Below are positions 35,910 through 44,934 of a DNA stretch of 48,142 nt, piece after piece. Each line of letters starts with the position of its first letter. Positions within the stretch are counted from its first letter, which is position 1. The translations under genes were made by a program, and so were the position numbers. The DNA is from Candidatus Sungbacteria bacterium RIFCSPLOWO2_02_FULL_51_17. GTDB lineage: Bacteria; Patescibacteriota; Minisyncoccia; Sungbacterales; GWA2-42-14. Below the pieces are notes generated by a model. The model was not told the origin of the DNA. It ran no database searches and was given only the letters and a program-made list of their open reading frames with translations. Location of the stretch: assembly GCA_001820785.1 (NCBI GenBank), contig MHQW01000043.1:24931-73072 (forward strand). The letters run 5' to 3'.

Positions 35910-37001
35910 ATGAAAATATCTTGCATTAAGAACGACCTTACCGAAGCAGTATTAAAAGCGGAGCGGTTCATAGGAAAAAATCTTACACTTCCTATACTAA
36001 TGAACATTCTGCTTGAGGCAGGGGACAAGACAATCACGGTCACGGCTACAAATCTTGAGATGGGTATCCGGGAGCGTGTTCCCTGTAAAAAAGGGTCTGA
36101 TGGCGCCGTGAGTATTCCTGCACGCATATTTAGTAGTGTTCTTCAAAGTGTTCAGGATGATATTATTTCGCTTGAGGAAAAGAATGCTACGTTATCGCTT
36201 TCTTCCGATTCGTCTCACTATGTCATACATGGAGTTGTAGCAAAAGAGTTTCCTATTCTTCCTTCTATCGCACACGGCGTAGAGACGTCATTACCTATTG
36301 AAGCGTTCACATCGGCAATAACTCAAGTATTGCCGGCAGTATCATTGTCGGATATTAAACCAGAATTATCAGGTGTATATGTTTCCTGTGACGGTGGTAT
36401 TGTAAAAGTTGCCGCCACCGACTCCTTTCGCCTTGCGGAACGGACATTATTTCTCAAAGAAGAGAAGAAAGCGCCGTTCTCATTCATTCTTCCTCAAAGA
36501 ACTGCGCATGAGATTGTGCGATGCTTTTCCGGTGAAGGAGATGTTGATATTGTGTTTGGAGATAATCAGGTCTCTTTCTCTTCCGGTCCGCTGTTTATTA
36601 TTTCACGCCTTATAGATGGAGCGTATCCTGATTACCAACAGATCATCCCAAAAAACTTTTCTTCTTACATACACATAGGGAAGAATGATCTTATTAGTGC
36701 GGTAAAAGGAGCCGCCGTTGTATCAAGCCGTCTTAACGATGTGACGATCGGATTTGATGAAGATAAGGTAGAAGTTATGTCGGTGAATCCGGAGGTCGGG
36801 AAAACAAATATCACGAAAAAGGCAAAGGTAAATAGTGTCGGCAAGATAAGTTTTAATTACCGGTATCTGCTGGATGGTATTGATGTTATTACAGGAAACA
36901 AGGTGTCAATAGGGCTTCAAAACGAGAATAGTGCCGTCCTAATACAGGGTACCGAAGATCAGTCGTTCTTATATGTCCTTATGCCAATCCGCGCGATGTA
37001 A
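35910..37001 (+). CDS. dnaN: DNA polymerase III beta clamp
   Basis: LPILMNILL, ATNLEMG, AATDSFRLA, SRLIDGAYPDY, YVLMPIR. Confidence 0.98.
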   Translation: MKISCIKNDLTEAVLKAERFIGKNLTLPILMNILLEAGDKTITVTATNLEMGIRERVPCKKGSDGAVSIPARIFSSVLQSVQDDIISLEEKNATLSLSSDSSHYVIHGVVAKEFPILPSIAHGVETSLPIEAFTSAITQVLPAVSLSDIKPELSGVYVSCDGGIVKVAATDSFRLAERTLFLKEEKKAPFSFILPQRTAHEIVRCFSGEGDVDIVFGDNQVSFSSGPLFIISRLIDGAYPDYQQIIPKNFSSYIHIGKNDLISAVKGAAVVSSRLNDVTIGFDEDKVEVMSVNPEVGKTNITKKAKVNSVGKISFNYRYLLDGIDVITGNKVSIGLQNENSAVLIQGTEDQSFLYVLMPIRAM

Positions 37002-37011
37002 TTCGTTAACT

Positions 37012-37040
37012 AAAAAAGCGCCAGAAAATGGTGCTTTTTG
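37012..37040. terminator. Bidirectional terminator
   Basis: AAAAAGCGCCA-GAAAA-TGGTGCTTTTT between convergent genes. Confidence 0.65.
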
Positions 37041-37069
37041 TATAAGCAGAACACACAGAATAACAGCAT

Positions 37070-39586
37070 TTAGGATGGAGATATAAATTTTTCCTCTGGG
37101 ATGATAAGCGCGTTTCTATTTCCCATAACATCATATACCACCACCTCAACAGCAGGGTGTGCTTCTAACACTTCGCTTGTTGGAATAGATACGTGGATGA
37201 CTCCTTGCTGGGGGAATGAAAAGGTTTCAGTGACCTCATCATTGCGGAATACATCTATCTGTTTTATCTGAAACGGAGATAGGACGACAATATCAAAAAG
37301 GTAGGATGATGCGTTTTGGGTAAACGAGGTAAGGGAAATACGCGGCTTATTCTGTTCGGTGTGAATGTTATCGTATTCTTTCGGCAGTGTGTCCGGAGAA
37401 AGCGCTATGCGGCCCGAAGAAAGAAACCATGATTGGAACGAATCCTCCCAATTTTTGAATTGAGGGTCATCTCGCGGATCTATGGGTGATGGTCCAAGAG
37501 GATCACTTTTTTTGATCCAATACAATATTGTGTGGGGTTGTCCGACCGCGATCTCTTTAATAAACTCTTTTGGTGTGTATTCGGTCGCACGTTTTTTTGA
37601 TGCGGTGTCAATTTTTACCACAGTATCTCCTTCCCAAAGTCCTCGTAGTATTGGTTTTTCCGGCGGCGATACGTCCGGGGAAGGAAAGCTTTCGGGGAGC
37701 ATTTTTTTAAGGGCAACATCCATAAAGGAACGCCACATAGGGGCGGCGGCAAGAACACCCGACCCCTTCTGTTGTATGGGTGTATTGTCGTTGTTTCCTA
37801 CCCATATGCCGACAGCAATGGAGGGTGTATACCCTACCGTCCATGCATCTCGGTACTCTTGGCTTGTGCCGGTTTTTGCCGCAACCTGGTGGTCAGGGAA
37901 AAAAAGCGACGAGTTCGGGCGAAATACCGGAATGCGCGCAGTGTTATCCGACAGAACACCATTAAGTGTTCTTACGACATTTGTGTCTATGACGGCTTTT
38001 GAAACGACCCTTCTTTCCTCAAGGGTTGTTCCTCTTCTTTCTACTTTTAGTATGAAAGAAGGGGGGACGCGGATGCCGTCGTTAGCAAATACGCCATAGG
38101 CGCTCACCATATCAAGAAGGCGGACCTCTGCACATCCAAGAACCAATGCAAGGCCGCAGCGTTCTGCGTCTTGTAGTGTGCTGATGCCAACATCTTCCGC
38201 GGTGGTAATAGTATTCTTAACACCAGTAAGGTATAAGAGTTTTACTGAGGGAACATTGAGTGATTGGGCGATTGATTGGCGAAGAGATACGGGGCCTCGG
38301 AAGGTTTCATCATAGTTCTGGGGATGATAGCACTCATCTTCCGATATTCCGGCGCGCTGTGGCTTTCCGTCATGCGCACACGAGGGGTTGAATTCCGTCG
38401 GTACGTCAAAAAGGGTGGTCTCGGGCGTATAGCCAAGCTTGAAAGCCGCTGCGTAGACGAATGGCTTGAATGAAGAGCCCGGCTGGCGAAGGGCAGTCGC
38501 AACATTATAGTTTCCGTCATGTTCAAGGTCAAAGTAATCGTATGAGCCAACAAGCGTAAGTATCTCCCCGGTCTTGGGATCAATGGCAACGAGAGCCGCG
38601 TTTTCTGCCGCTATGAGTTTTTTATTTAATTCAACGCCTTCTTTAATGATCCGTTCCGCTTCAAGTTGGAGGTCTATGTCTATGGTCGTGGTAACTTCAA
38701 GCCCGCCCGATTCCACCAACTCTTCACCATACGTTTGATTCAAATACTCGCGCGCCATCATAACAAGGTGCGGCGCCTGAATATTTTGTTTTGGGTTCAA
38801 AAAATGTAGTTCCTCATCTCTCGCAACTTTTTCCTCCTCTTTGGTGATGTAGCCGAGCTTGTGCATGCGCTCCAATATAGCATTTTTTCTCACCATAAGT
38901 TCGGCGGCGTGGTTTCCATAAGGAGAATAATAGGTGGTGCCTTTTGGCAGGGACGTAAGAAGGGCGGCTTCCGCAAGAGTAAGATCTTTCGCCGACTTTC
39001 CAAAAAATGTCTTTGATGCTGCCTCTATCCCATATGCGTTGGAACCGTATGGTATCTTATTAAGGTAGAGTTCAAGAATATAGTCCTTTGAATAGCGCGA
39101 TTCCAGTCGGAGGGCGAGAATGAGTTCCTTTATTTTTCTCGTAAATGTGCGTTCGTCGCCTAAAAATGACTTTTTTACCAGCTGTTGAGTTATAGTTGAT
39201 CCGCCCTGGGACAAGGATCCCGTGGTGATATCCACCCAAAGCGCCCGAAGAATTCCACGGAAATCAAAACCCTTGTGGTTGTAAAAATCACTGTCCTCTA
39301 TGGCGATGGTTGCATGTTTTACTGCATCGGGTATCTCCCGGAACGGAATGACCGTTCTTTTTTCCTCGCCATGAATGTCGTAGAGGACATGTGTTTTTGT
39401 TCTGTCATATATTTTGGTTGACTCAACGACCTCCTGTGCGCTTATTTTTGACGGGTCGGGAAGGGTATATACGATGACCGAAACAAGGATTCCCGCGGAT
39501 ATGAAAAACAGCACCAGAAACGCGGTGGCAAAAAGAAACAGGCGGCGGGCAAAGCTTTCTCTTCTGCTTTTTTTGTGGAAAAACAT
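37070..39586 (-). CDS. Class A penicillin-binding protein (PBP1A family)
   Basis: Glycosyltransferase motifs EDSDFYNHKG, GGSTITQQLVK, RKIKE; transpeptidase motifs SSFK, SLN, KTGT; C-terminal extension. Confidence 0.96.
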   Translation of the reverse strand: MFFHKKSRRESFARRLFLFATAFLVLFFISAGILVSVIVYTLPDPSKISAQEVVESTKIYDRTKTHVLYDIHGEEKRTVIPFREIPDAVKHATIAIEDSDFYNHKGFDFRGILRALWVDITTGSLSQGGSTITQQLVKKSFLGDERTFTRKIKELILALRLESRYSKDYILELYLNKIPYGSNAYGIEAASKTFFGKSAKDLTLAEAALLTSLPKGTTYYSPYGNHAAELMVRKNAILERMHKLGYITKEEEKVARDEELHFLNPKQNIQAPHLVMMAREYLNQTYGEELVESGGLEVTTTIDIDLQLEAERIIKEGVELNKKLIAAENAALVAIDPKTGEILTLVGSYDYFDLEHDGNYNVATALRQPGSSFKPFVYAAAFKLGYTPETTLFDVPTEFNPSCAHDGKPQRAGISEDECYHPQNYDETFRGPVSLRQSIAQSLNVPSVKLLYLTGVKNTITTAEDVGISTLQDAERCGLALVLGCAEVRLLDMVSAYGVFANDGIRVPPSFILKVERRGTTLEERRVVSKAVIDTNVVRTLNGVLSDNTARIPVFRPNSSLFFPDHQVAAKTGTSQEYRDAWTVGYTPSIAVGIWVGNNDNTPIQQKGSGVLAAAPMWRSFMDVALKKMLPESFPSPDVSPPEKPILRGLWEGDTVVKIDTASKKRATEYTPKEFIKEIAVGQPHTILYWIKKSDPLGPSPIDPRDDPQFKNWEDSFQSWFLSSGRIALSPDTLPKEYDNIHTEQNKPRISLTSFTQNASSYLFDIVVLSPFQIKQIDVFRNDEVTETFSFPQQGVIHVSIPTSEVLEAHPAVEVVVYDVMGNRNALIIPEEKFISPS

Positions 39587-39739
39587 ACTAGTAAAGGTGA
39601 TGGCGTGGAAAAATGCTTTGTAATTCTAACAAAAGTAGCGGGAATCTTCAACGGAGGAACAGTGCTTTTCGTTAGCGCGCGAGTGGCTTTATAAAACATG
39701 TTGTGGTGTGCCTCGGTTGGGTGGTATGCTTTTAGTGAT

Positions 39740-41092
39740 ATGGGAAACAAAAAAAATGGTATTATAACAGATCCGGACGCGATCAATAAGATACTGCGGC
39801 GAGGGGTTGCCGTAGATGCCCTACCATCATGGGGAGCTCTTTATGGCGTTTTAACGTCAGGGAAGCGGTTAAGGATATATACGGGGGCGGATCCGACGGC
39901 AGACACGCTTCATTTGAGTCATGCAAAAAACTTTATGCTTTTAGAAGAGCTTCGGGGACTCGGCCACGAAGTCATTTTATTGGTTGGGGATTTTACCGCG
40001 CGAATCGGCGATCCTACGGGCAGGGGCGAGGCGCGAAAACAGCTTACCCAAAAGGAAGTAAAGGAAAACGTAAAAAAGTGGCTTTTGCAGATCCGGCCGT
40101 TGATGAAGTTTGATGACAAAAAGAATCCGCCGAAGGTGCTATACAACAGCGCGTGGCTTTCTCGGCTCTCATTTCAAGAAGCGCTCTCATTGGCGTCAAA
40201 CTTTACTGTGCAGCAAATGCTGGAGCGCGACATGTTCCGACGCCGCGTTTACGGAGAGTGGCGGTGTAAGAAGTGCAACTACCCAAACGCATTTGAACAA
40301 AACATTTTGGACAGAACCGCACAATCTCAAGAGTGCCAAAAGTGCCATCAGAAATTTCTCAAAAACGAAATAGTATCTAGCGGAGACGGGGGCAACAAAA
40401 GGCCTATCTACCTCCATGAGTTTTTGTATCCCCTCATGCAAGGGTATGACAGCGTTGCGATGGACGTTGATATAGAGCTTTGCGGCAGGGATCAGACATT
40501 CAATGCGCTTGCTGGGAGAACACTCATGCGGCGTCTTAAAGATAAAGAAAAGTACATTCTTGTGGCAAATCTTATGGAGAATCCCAAAACGGGAGAGCTT
40601 ATGTCAAAAAGCCGGGGAACAGGAGTGTTTTTATCGGCGTCACCTGGGGAGATGTACGGTGCCATTATGGCCCAGCCCGACGAAATGATAGAAACGCTCT
40701 TCATCAACTGCACACGGATCCCGCTAGAGGAAAAAGACGGCATTATGAGGATGGGACCGCGAAACGCAAAGGCCCGCGTGGCGCGCGAGATCGTGAAAGT
40801 ATTCTACGGAGAAAAAAAGGCGCAAGAGGCGGAGGCGGGGTTCACACAACTTTTTTCTAGGAAGGATTACACCGGAGACCTTCCTGAGATACGGGTGGCG
40901 CCGGGAAGCACCGTTGCCGACGTGGTGTTGCAGACACACAAGGTGCCGTCGCGATCCGAGGCGCGTCGCCTTGCAGCCGCCGGCGCTATAAAGCTTGACG
41001 AGGAGGCGCTTTCCGATATTGCGCAAAAAATGCCGGTACGAGCGGGAGCGGTACTACGGATAGGAAAAAAACACATCTATCGTGTCAAGTAA
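39740..41092 (+). CDS. tyrS: Tyrosyl-tRNA synthetase with an inserted CxxC...CxxC module
   Basis: GADPTADTLHLSH, GDFTARIGDPTG, EFLYPLMQGYDS, GRDQTFN, LMSKS, C-terminal S4 domain; start placed at MGNKK. Confidence 0.96.
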   Translation: MGNKKNGIITDPDAINKILRRGVAVDALPSWGALYGVLTSGKRLRIYTGADPTADTLHLSHAKNFMLLEELRGLGHEVILLVGDFTARIGDPTGRGEARKQLTQKEVKENVKKWLLQIRPLMKFDDKKNPPKVLYNSAWLSRLSFQEALSLASNFTVQQMLERDMFRRRVYGEWRCKKCNYPNAFEQNILDRTAQSQECQKCHQKFLKNEIVSSGDGGNKRPIYLHEFLYPLMQGYDSVAMDVDIELCGRDQTFNALAGRTLMRRLKDKEKYILVANLMENPKTGELMSKSRGTGVFLSASPGEMYGAIMAQPDEMIETLFINCTRIPLEEKDGIMRMGPRNAKARVAREIVKVFYGEKKAQEAEAGFTQLFSRKDYTGDLPEIRVAPGSTVADVVLQTHKVPSRSEARRLAAAGAIKLDEEALSDIAQKMPVRAGAVLRIGKKHIYRVK

Positions 41093-41095
41093 AAC

Positions 41096-41210
41096 AAACC
41101 CCGCCCGTAAAAGGCGGGGGTTTGTTTTACTCTGAATGATGGGCTTCGCGGTAGCCCGGAACGATATTTTACGCGCTATACCCAAGACCCGCCTTTTACG
41201 GGCGGGGTTT
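41096..41210. mobile_element. REPIN/MITE-like element, copy 2 (115 bp)
   Basis: Same 23-bp terminal inverted repeat as 18138-18251; colinear but diverged core (AACGATATTT shared). Confidence 0.7.
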
Positions 41211-41220
41211 GTTTTGTTGA

Positions 41221-41370
41221 TCAAGAAGAGCCGTCGTCGCTTTCTTCCTCATCATCGTCGTCCTCAAGATCATCGTCAAGATCTTTCTCATCGTCGTCAT
41301 CCTCTACTTCGCTCTCGTCTTCGTCGTCTGCGAACAAGGACAGCTTTTCGTCGTAGATTGAGTCAGTCAT
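41221..41370 (-). CDS. Small, extremely acidic protein (49 aa)
   Basis: MTDSIYDEKLSLFADDEDESEVEDDDDEKDLDDDLEDDDDEEESDDGSS; own TTGCAC-16-TATAGT promoter upstream (~41454-41481). Confidence 0.6.
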   Translation of the reverse strand: MTDSIYDEKLSLFADDEDESEVEDDDDEKDLDDDLEDDDDEEESDDGSS

Positions 41371-41515
41371 CTCATTATAGATAATTAAACCCCTTACGAA
41401 CAACATCGACCTTTGATGTGTTTCTTTTCCTTTGTACCAAAAAACGTACTCCCACTATATACAGATTCGGCGTTAGTGCAAGGGCGCGGTTGTGAATATC
41501 TCTTCGTACGCGGCA

Positions 41516-41998
41516 TCAGAACGGGTCCCGGGGGATGCTGTGGGCCGCACATATCGCTACGGCAATTGCGTCGGTAATGTCATCAAGCTTTGGAATGATG
41601 GGAAACTTAAGAATAGCTCCCGTCATGGCGTGGACCTGTTTTTTGTCCGCCTTTCCGTATCCGGTCACCGCCATTTTTATCTCAAGCGGGGTATATTCGT
41701 ACACCCTAAGGCCTGAGCTTTTTCCAGTCAAGAGGATAACTCCGCGGGCCTCGGCAACCGAGATGACCGTTTTGGTGTTTTTAAAATAAAAGAGTTTCTC
41801 AACAGCAAGAACGTCCGGGGCATGTGTTTTGATGACCGCCGCAAGACCGCCTTGTATGAGAGCAAGCTTTTCCTCTTGCGGGGTGTTGGGGGTATTTACT
41901 ATTGCGTCGGCAGCTATCAGCCGAAGGGTCCCCTTGTGCCGCTCAACGACCGCATAGCCGACGATGCTTGTTCCGGGGTCTACCCCAAGTATTTTCAT
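41516..41998 (-). CDS. ruvC: Holliday junction resolvase RuvC
   Basis: ILGVDPG, AVEKLFY, AEARGV, EYTPLEIK, GYGKADKKQV, DDITDAIAVA. Confidence 0.97.
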   Translation of the reverse strand: MKILGVDPGTSIVGYAVVERHKGTLRLIAADAIVNTPNTPQEEKLALIQGGLAAVIKTHAPDVLAVEKLFYFKNTKTVISVAEARGVILLTGKSSGLRVYEYTPLEIKMAVTGYGKADKKQVHAMTGAILKFPIIPKLDDITDAIAVAICAAHSIPRDPF

Positions 41999-42048
41999 GT
42001 GAGCACACGGAGCGCCGTACTTTCTTTGGTGGTGGGCGCTCGCGAGGG

Positions 42049-42783
42049 TTATGCATATTGCAACTGGACGTTCGTATACACGTTTTGAATGTCGTCATGA
42101 TCGTCTAGCGCTTCATAGAGTGCGAGGATCTTTTGTTTGACGTGCTCGTCGGGCACTTGTATGGAGTTCTTGGAAATGCGGTCGGAGTATTCCTGCAACA
42201 CGACCAGTTTTGATCGCGCAAGCGTTTTTTTGAGCGCATCTGCCGTTGCGGGGTTGGTGTAGACGGTCACCAGATCGTCGTCTTGTTGAATGTCTGTGGC
42301 TCCCGCATCAATGAGGGAAAGCTCAAGGGCCTCCTCGTCCATCCCCTCTTCTTTTGTGAACTCAATGACAAATGTCTTTGTGAAGAGCCACTCTACGCTT
42401 CCTTGTGCCGCAAGGCGGCCGTCGTACTCGCTTAACAAATGTTTTATCTCGCTTGTCGTCCGGTTCCTGGAGTCGGTTATTCCCTCTATGAGAAACGCAC
42501 TGCCTCCCGGACCGTATGCTTCATAAAGCACCTCTTCCAAGGCCGCTTCGTTCGTTTTTCCGGTGCCGCGCGCGACGGCGCGCTCAATGTTAGACATCGG
42601 CATACCGAGAGCCCGCGCTTTTTCAACGGCGGTTCGAAGTTTTACATTGGCATCAAGGTCGGTTCCCTTCTCTTTTGCCGCAACCGAGAGCACGCGGGCC
42701 ATCTTTGAAAATGCCTTCCCCTTTTTTGCGTCGGTCAAGGCCTTCTTGTGTTTTATTTGTTTCCACTTGCTGTGTCCTGACAT
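42049..42783 (-). CDS. yebC: YebC/PmpR family protein
   Basis: MSGHSKWKQIKHKK, YEAYGPGG, TDSRNRT, DDHDDIQNVYTN. Confidence 0.97.
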   Translation of the reverse strand: MSGHSKWKQIKHKKALTDAKKGKAFSKMARVLSVAAKEKGTDLDANVKLRTAVEKARALGMPMSNIERAVARGTGKTNEAALEEVLYEAYGPGGSAFLIEGITDSRNRTTSEIKHLLSEYDGRLAAQGSVEWLFTKTFVIEFTKEEGMDEEALELSLIDAGATDIQQDDDLVTVYTNPATADALKKTLARSKLVVLQEYSDRISKNSIQVPDEHVKQKILALYEALDDHDDIQNVYTNVQLQYA

Positions 42784-42792
42784 GGTGTGCGT

Positions 42793-43329
42793 TTACGGCT
42801 TGGCCGCCTGGTGGAACTCACTATGTGTTCCGTGTTTTATGCTTGAGTATTTTAACAGCAGGTCCTTTGCCTCGTAAAAACGGGGGACCGACCGGATAAG
42901 GAACATGCCCTCTGCGGCGGTCTCTACCTTTAAATTCCCGAACTTTAAGAGCATGGCGACCATGCCGTTTATCTCTGCGGTGACGTTCTGAATGTTTTCC
43001 ATATTCATTTCCGATATGTGGCGGACAAAAAGTCCTCGCTGGTTGATGTCAATAAGGCGCTCGGTAGTGATGATCCACACATCAAGATAGTAGTCCGCCC
43101 AGAGGAGAAGCGCGTACAAAAGGAGGCCCAGGAGGTATAATGCAAGGAAAAACTTTACGATGGGGGCGATCTGGGGCGTGGAAAGGACCGGAAAGCGGTC
43201 GGATAGGGATAGAAGCAAAAGCGACGGGAGGACCAAAGCGAAAAAAATCGTTGCAAGCGGACCCATCATAACGATCCAGTGGCGGCGCAAAATGAGCACT
43301 ATCTGTTCGTTTGGCCGAAGAGAGATCAT
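42793..43329 (-). CDS. Membrane-anchored bacterial PH-domain protein
   Basis: LRRHW, two TM segments, YYLDVWIITTERLIDINQRGLF...IQNV...FGNLKVETA. Confidence 0.85.
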   Translation of the reverse strand: MISLRPNEQIVLILRRHWIVMMGPLATIFFALVLPSLLLLSLSDRFPVLSTPQIAPIVKFFLALYLLGLLLYALLLWADYYLDVWIITTERLIDINQRGLFVRHISEMNMENIQNVTAEINGMVAMLLKFGNLKVETAAEGMFLIRSVPRFYEAKDLLLKYSSIKHGTHSEFHQAAKP

Positions 43330-43333
43330 GCGA

Positions 43334-43546
43334 TTATGATGTTAGCGCGGCGTACGGAATGGTGAAGAGGAAGTATGCCGCCACGCAGAAAAAGAAGAAA
43401 GAAAGCAGGAAAAAAAGAGGCACCACAAACCGCGCCGCAGTCCATCCCGGAAAGGAGTATCGGCGCAGGTGGTAGATAACGGCAAAAGAAAAAAAGAGCC
43501 ACAAAGCGAGAAACAGGAGAAAGATCAGAAGAAAAATAATGAACAT
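43334..43546 (-). CDS. Small two-TM protein
   Basis: 70 aa with an IYHLRRYS motif; fits tightly between ruvB and the PH-domain gene. Confidence 0.7.
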   Translation of the reverse strand: MFIIFLLIFLLFLALWLFFSFAVIYHLRRYSFPGWTAARFVVPLFFLLSFFFFCVAAYFLFTIPYAALTS

Positions 43547-43552
43547 GGTGTG

Positions 43553-44557
43553 TTAAATAAGATGTCTCTGCTCCGGCTGGGAAATGCCCATGTGCTGCCA
43601 CGCAAGTGCCGTTGCAACGCGGCCCCGCGGGGTTCGTTCCAAAAAACCAACCTGCATAAGATACGGCTCATAGACGTCTTCAATGGTTTCTTCTTCCTCG
43701 GAGGTCGCGGCGGCGAGCGTTTGAACGCCCACCGGCCCTCCCTGGAATTTTTTAATGATCGCTTCAAGTATTTTCCGGTCTGTCGGTTCAAGGCCGATCC
43801 GATCTATCTCAAGCAGTTGTAAGGCCCGCGTTGCCATCTCAAGGGTCACTACGCCGTTTCCCTCAACTTCTGCATAGTCCCGCACCCTTTTGAGTAGGCG
43901 GTTCGCCACGCGAGGTGTTGAGCGCGAGGATTCTGCCACCAGGCGCCTGGCGGCGGGATCAATTGTTACTCCGAGGAGTGCTGCTGATCGGGCAATAATC
44001 TTTTCCATGTCTTCCGGCGTGTAGAAATCAAGGCGGAAAATTCCACCGAAGCGGGAGCGAAGCGGAGAGGACAGAAGGCCAATGCGCGTAGTCGCCGCTA
44101 TGAGGGTAAAAGGGGGAAGCTCCAGCTGGATCGTCCGCGCGGACGGGCCCTTGCCGATAATGATATCCAAGGTGCGCGATTCCATAGCCGGATACAGCAC
44201 TTCTTCTATGAGCTTGTTTAAGCGATGCGCCTCGTCAATGAACAGAACGTCTCCCGGCATAAGGTTCGTCAGAATGGAGGCAAGGTCTCCTACGCGCTCA
44301 ATGGCGGGCCCCGAAGTCACCCGAATATTTGCTCCCATTTCTTTTGCGATGAGAAAAGAAAGAGAGGTCTTCCCAAGGCCCGCCGGGCCGTACAGCAATA
44401 CGTGTTCTATTGACTGTCCCCTGTTTTTTGCCGCCTGAATGAGTATTTTAAGATTCTCCTTAATGGCGGGTTGTCCGATATACTCCTCCCAGCGCTGTGG
44501 GCGGAGGGAAAGGTCAAGCGACCGGTCCTCATTTTTTTGTTTTGGTTCGGTAATCAT
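43553..44557 (-). CDS. ruvB: Holliday junction branch migration ATPase RuvB
   Basis: [58 protein letters not shown]. Confidence 0.98.
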   Translation of the reverse strand: MITEPKQKNEDRSLDLSLRPQRWEEYIGQPAIKENLKILIQAAKNRGQSIEHVLLYGPAGLGKTSLSFLIAKEMGANIRVTSGPAIERVGDLASILTNLMPGDVLFIDEAHRLNKLIEEVLYPAMESRTLDIIIGKGPSARTIQLELPPFTLIAATTRIGLLSSPLRSRFGGIFRLDFYTPEDMEKIIARSAALLGVTIDPAARRLVAESSRSTPRVANRLLKRVRDYAEVEGNGVVTLEMATRALQLLEIDRIGLEPTDRKILEAIIKKFQGGPVGVQTLAAATSEEEETIEDVYEPYLMQVGFLERTPRGRVATALAWQHMGISQPEQRHLI

Positions 44558-44586
44558 GGAGTGGGCACACTGCTAAGGAGCCGCTA

Positions 44587-44615
44587 TTGACAAGAATAAG
44601 TTTATTTGCTACAAT
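44587..44615 (+). promoter_or_regulatory. Near-consensus sigma70 promoter with no credible downstream CDS
   Basis: TTGACA-17 nt-TACAAT with a TGn extension. Confidence 0.7.
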
Positions 44616-44734
44616 GAATCCGATACGAGGGTACAGGAGGGGCCGCGGCCCCATTTGTTTTGCCCTTTTTCTGAAGAAGCTCGGCTGTTGTTGTGTTTGG
44701 CACCTAGAAGTGTACTATTATTGTCCGGCGAACA

Positions 44735-44920
44735 CAAAGCACGAGGCGCCTCAAAAAGCTGTGGGCAATTAAGGTGTTAAATACCTTTTTAGCCTTAATG
44801 GGGATTTTTACATGTCGGTTGGCCTGGTTTCGACTGGGCCACACCACAGAAAAGTCCTGACCTCCGAGTTCCCAAACCGGAGTAATTGCCCACAGCTTTT
44901 GGAGGTGTTTTTTGTTTGTT
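44735..44920 (+). ncRNA. Candidate structured ncRNA (6S-like architecture)
   Basis: Long closing stem, two side hairpins and a terminal stem with a TTCG loop; G-U pairs indicate the + strand. Confidence 0.55.
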
Positions 44921-44934
44921 GCTACTTCGCGCTT

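Noticed and set aside
40250-40396. TyrRS insert as an intein or intron
   Set aside because: Too short, no C/S...HN termini, and the frame stays open; kept as a domain insertion.
41516-44557. ruvA missing from the ruvC-yebC-ruvB cluster
   Set aside because: ruvA is often encoded elsewhere; absence cannot be judged from one window.
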